A DNA stretch of 64,000 nucleotides from Candidatus Bathyarchaeota archaeon (GTDB lineage Archaea; Thermoproteota; Bathyarchaeia; 40CM-2-53-6): positions 8,548 to 72,547 of the forward strand of contig CAWABQ010000022.1 of assembly GCA_963780265.1 (NCBI GenBank), in the 5' to 3' direction. Each line of letters begins with the position of its first letter. Within the stretch, counting starts at the first letter, position 1. This document shows positions 63,977-64,000 of the stretch, in pieces. The translations under genes and the position numbers were made by a program. The notes beneath the pieces were generated by a model. The model did no database searches. It saw nothing but the letters and a program-made list of their open reading frames with translations, and had not been told where the DNA came from.

Positions 63977-64000
63977 AAGAACCCACTGCCGAACTCCGGC

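Noticed and set aside
1-64000. CRISPR arrays, rRNA genes, additional tRNAs, and prophage or integrase genes.
   Set aside because: Reading the intergenic regions showed no regularly spaced repeats and no rRNA-like or further cloverleaf-forming sequence. A hand scan cannot exclude small RNAs.

Overview
This window is archaeal chromosomal DNA of about 50% GC. The gene content and a non-canonical tRNA intron suggest a TACK/Thermoproteota-type lineage, but that is inference only. Housekeeping genes recognised from motifs are class I LysRS, type IA topoisomerase, family B DNA polymerase, thermosome, Rpo6/RpoK, ribosomal protein S25e, CofE, agmatinase, an RsmB/NOP2-type m5C methyltransferase, TrmI, RimI-like acetyltransferase, GDH, a CDF transporter, M50 proteases, and GT2, GT4 and DegT sugar enzymes.

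Three regions stand out:
- **1-4.7 kb:** a NurA-HerA nuclease/ATPase pair preceded by tandem paralogous wHTH genes and a duplicated 16-nt motif, next to an intron-containing tRNA-Arg.
- **33-57 kb:** a cell-surface island. It holds two archaeosortase homologs (one with Ser in place of the catalytic Cys), three PEF/PGF-CTERM cargo proteins including a 4.2-kb S-layer candidate and an M6 protease, a receptor-like transmembrane KaiC-type ATPase plus a soluble KaiC-type ATPase, and GT-C glycosyltransferase candidates.
- **57-59.5 kb:** an operon of a nucleotidyltransferase-like/atypical-kinase fusion and a HAD phosphatase.

About 25-30 genes, including essential ones, are broken by single-base frame changes, mostly at homopolymer runs. 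This looks like sequence error rather than biology, so fragments are listed separately with their joins described. I found no rRNA genes and no CRISPR array. The only mobile-element trace is one degraded IS6-like transposase remnant.
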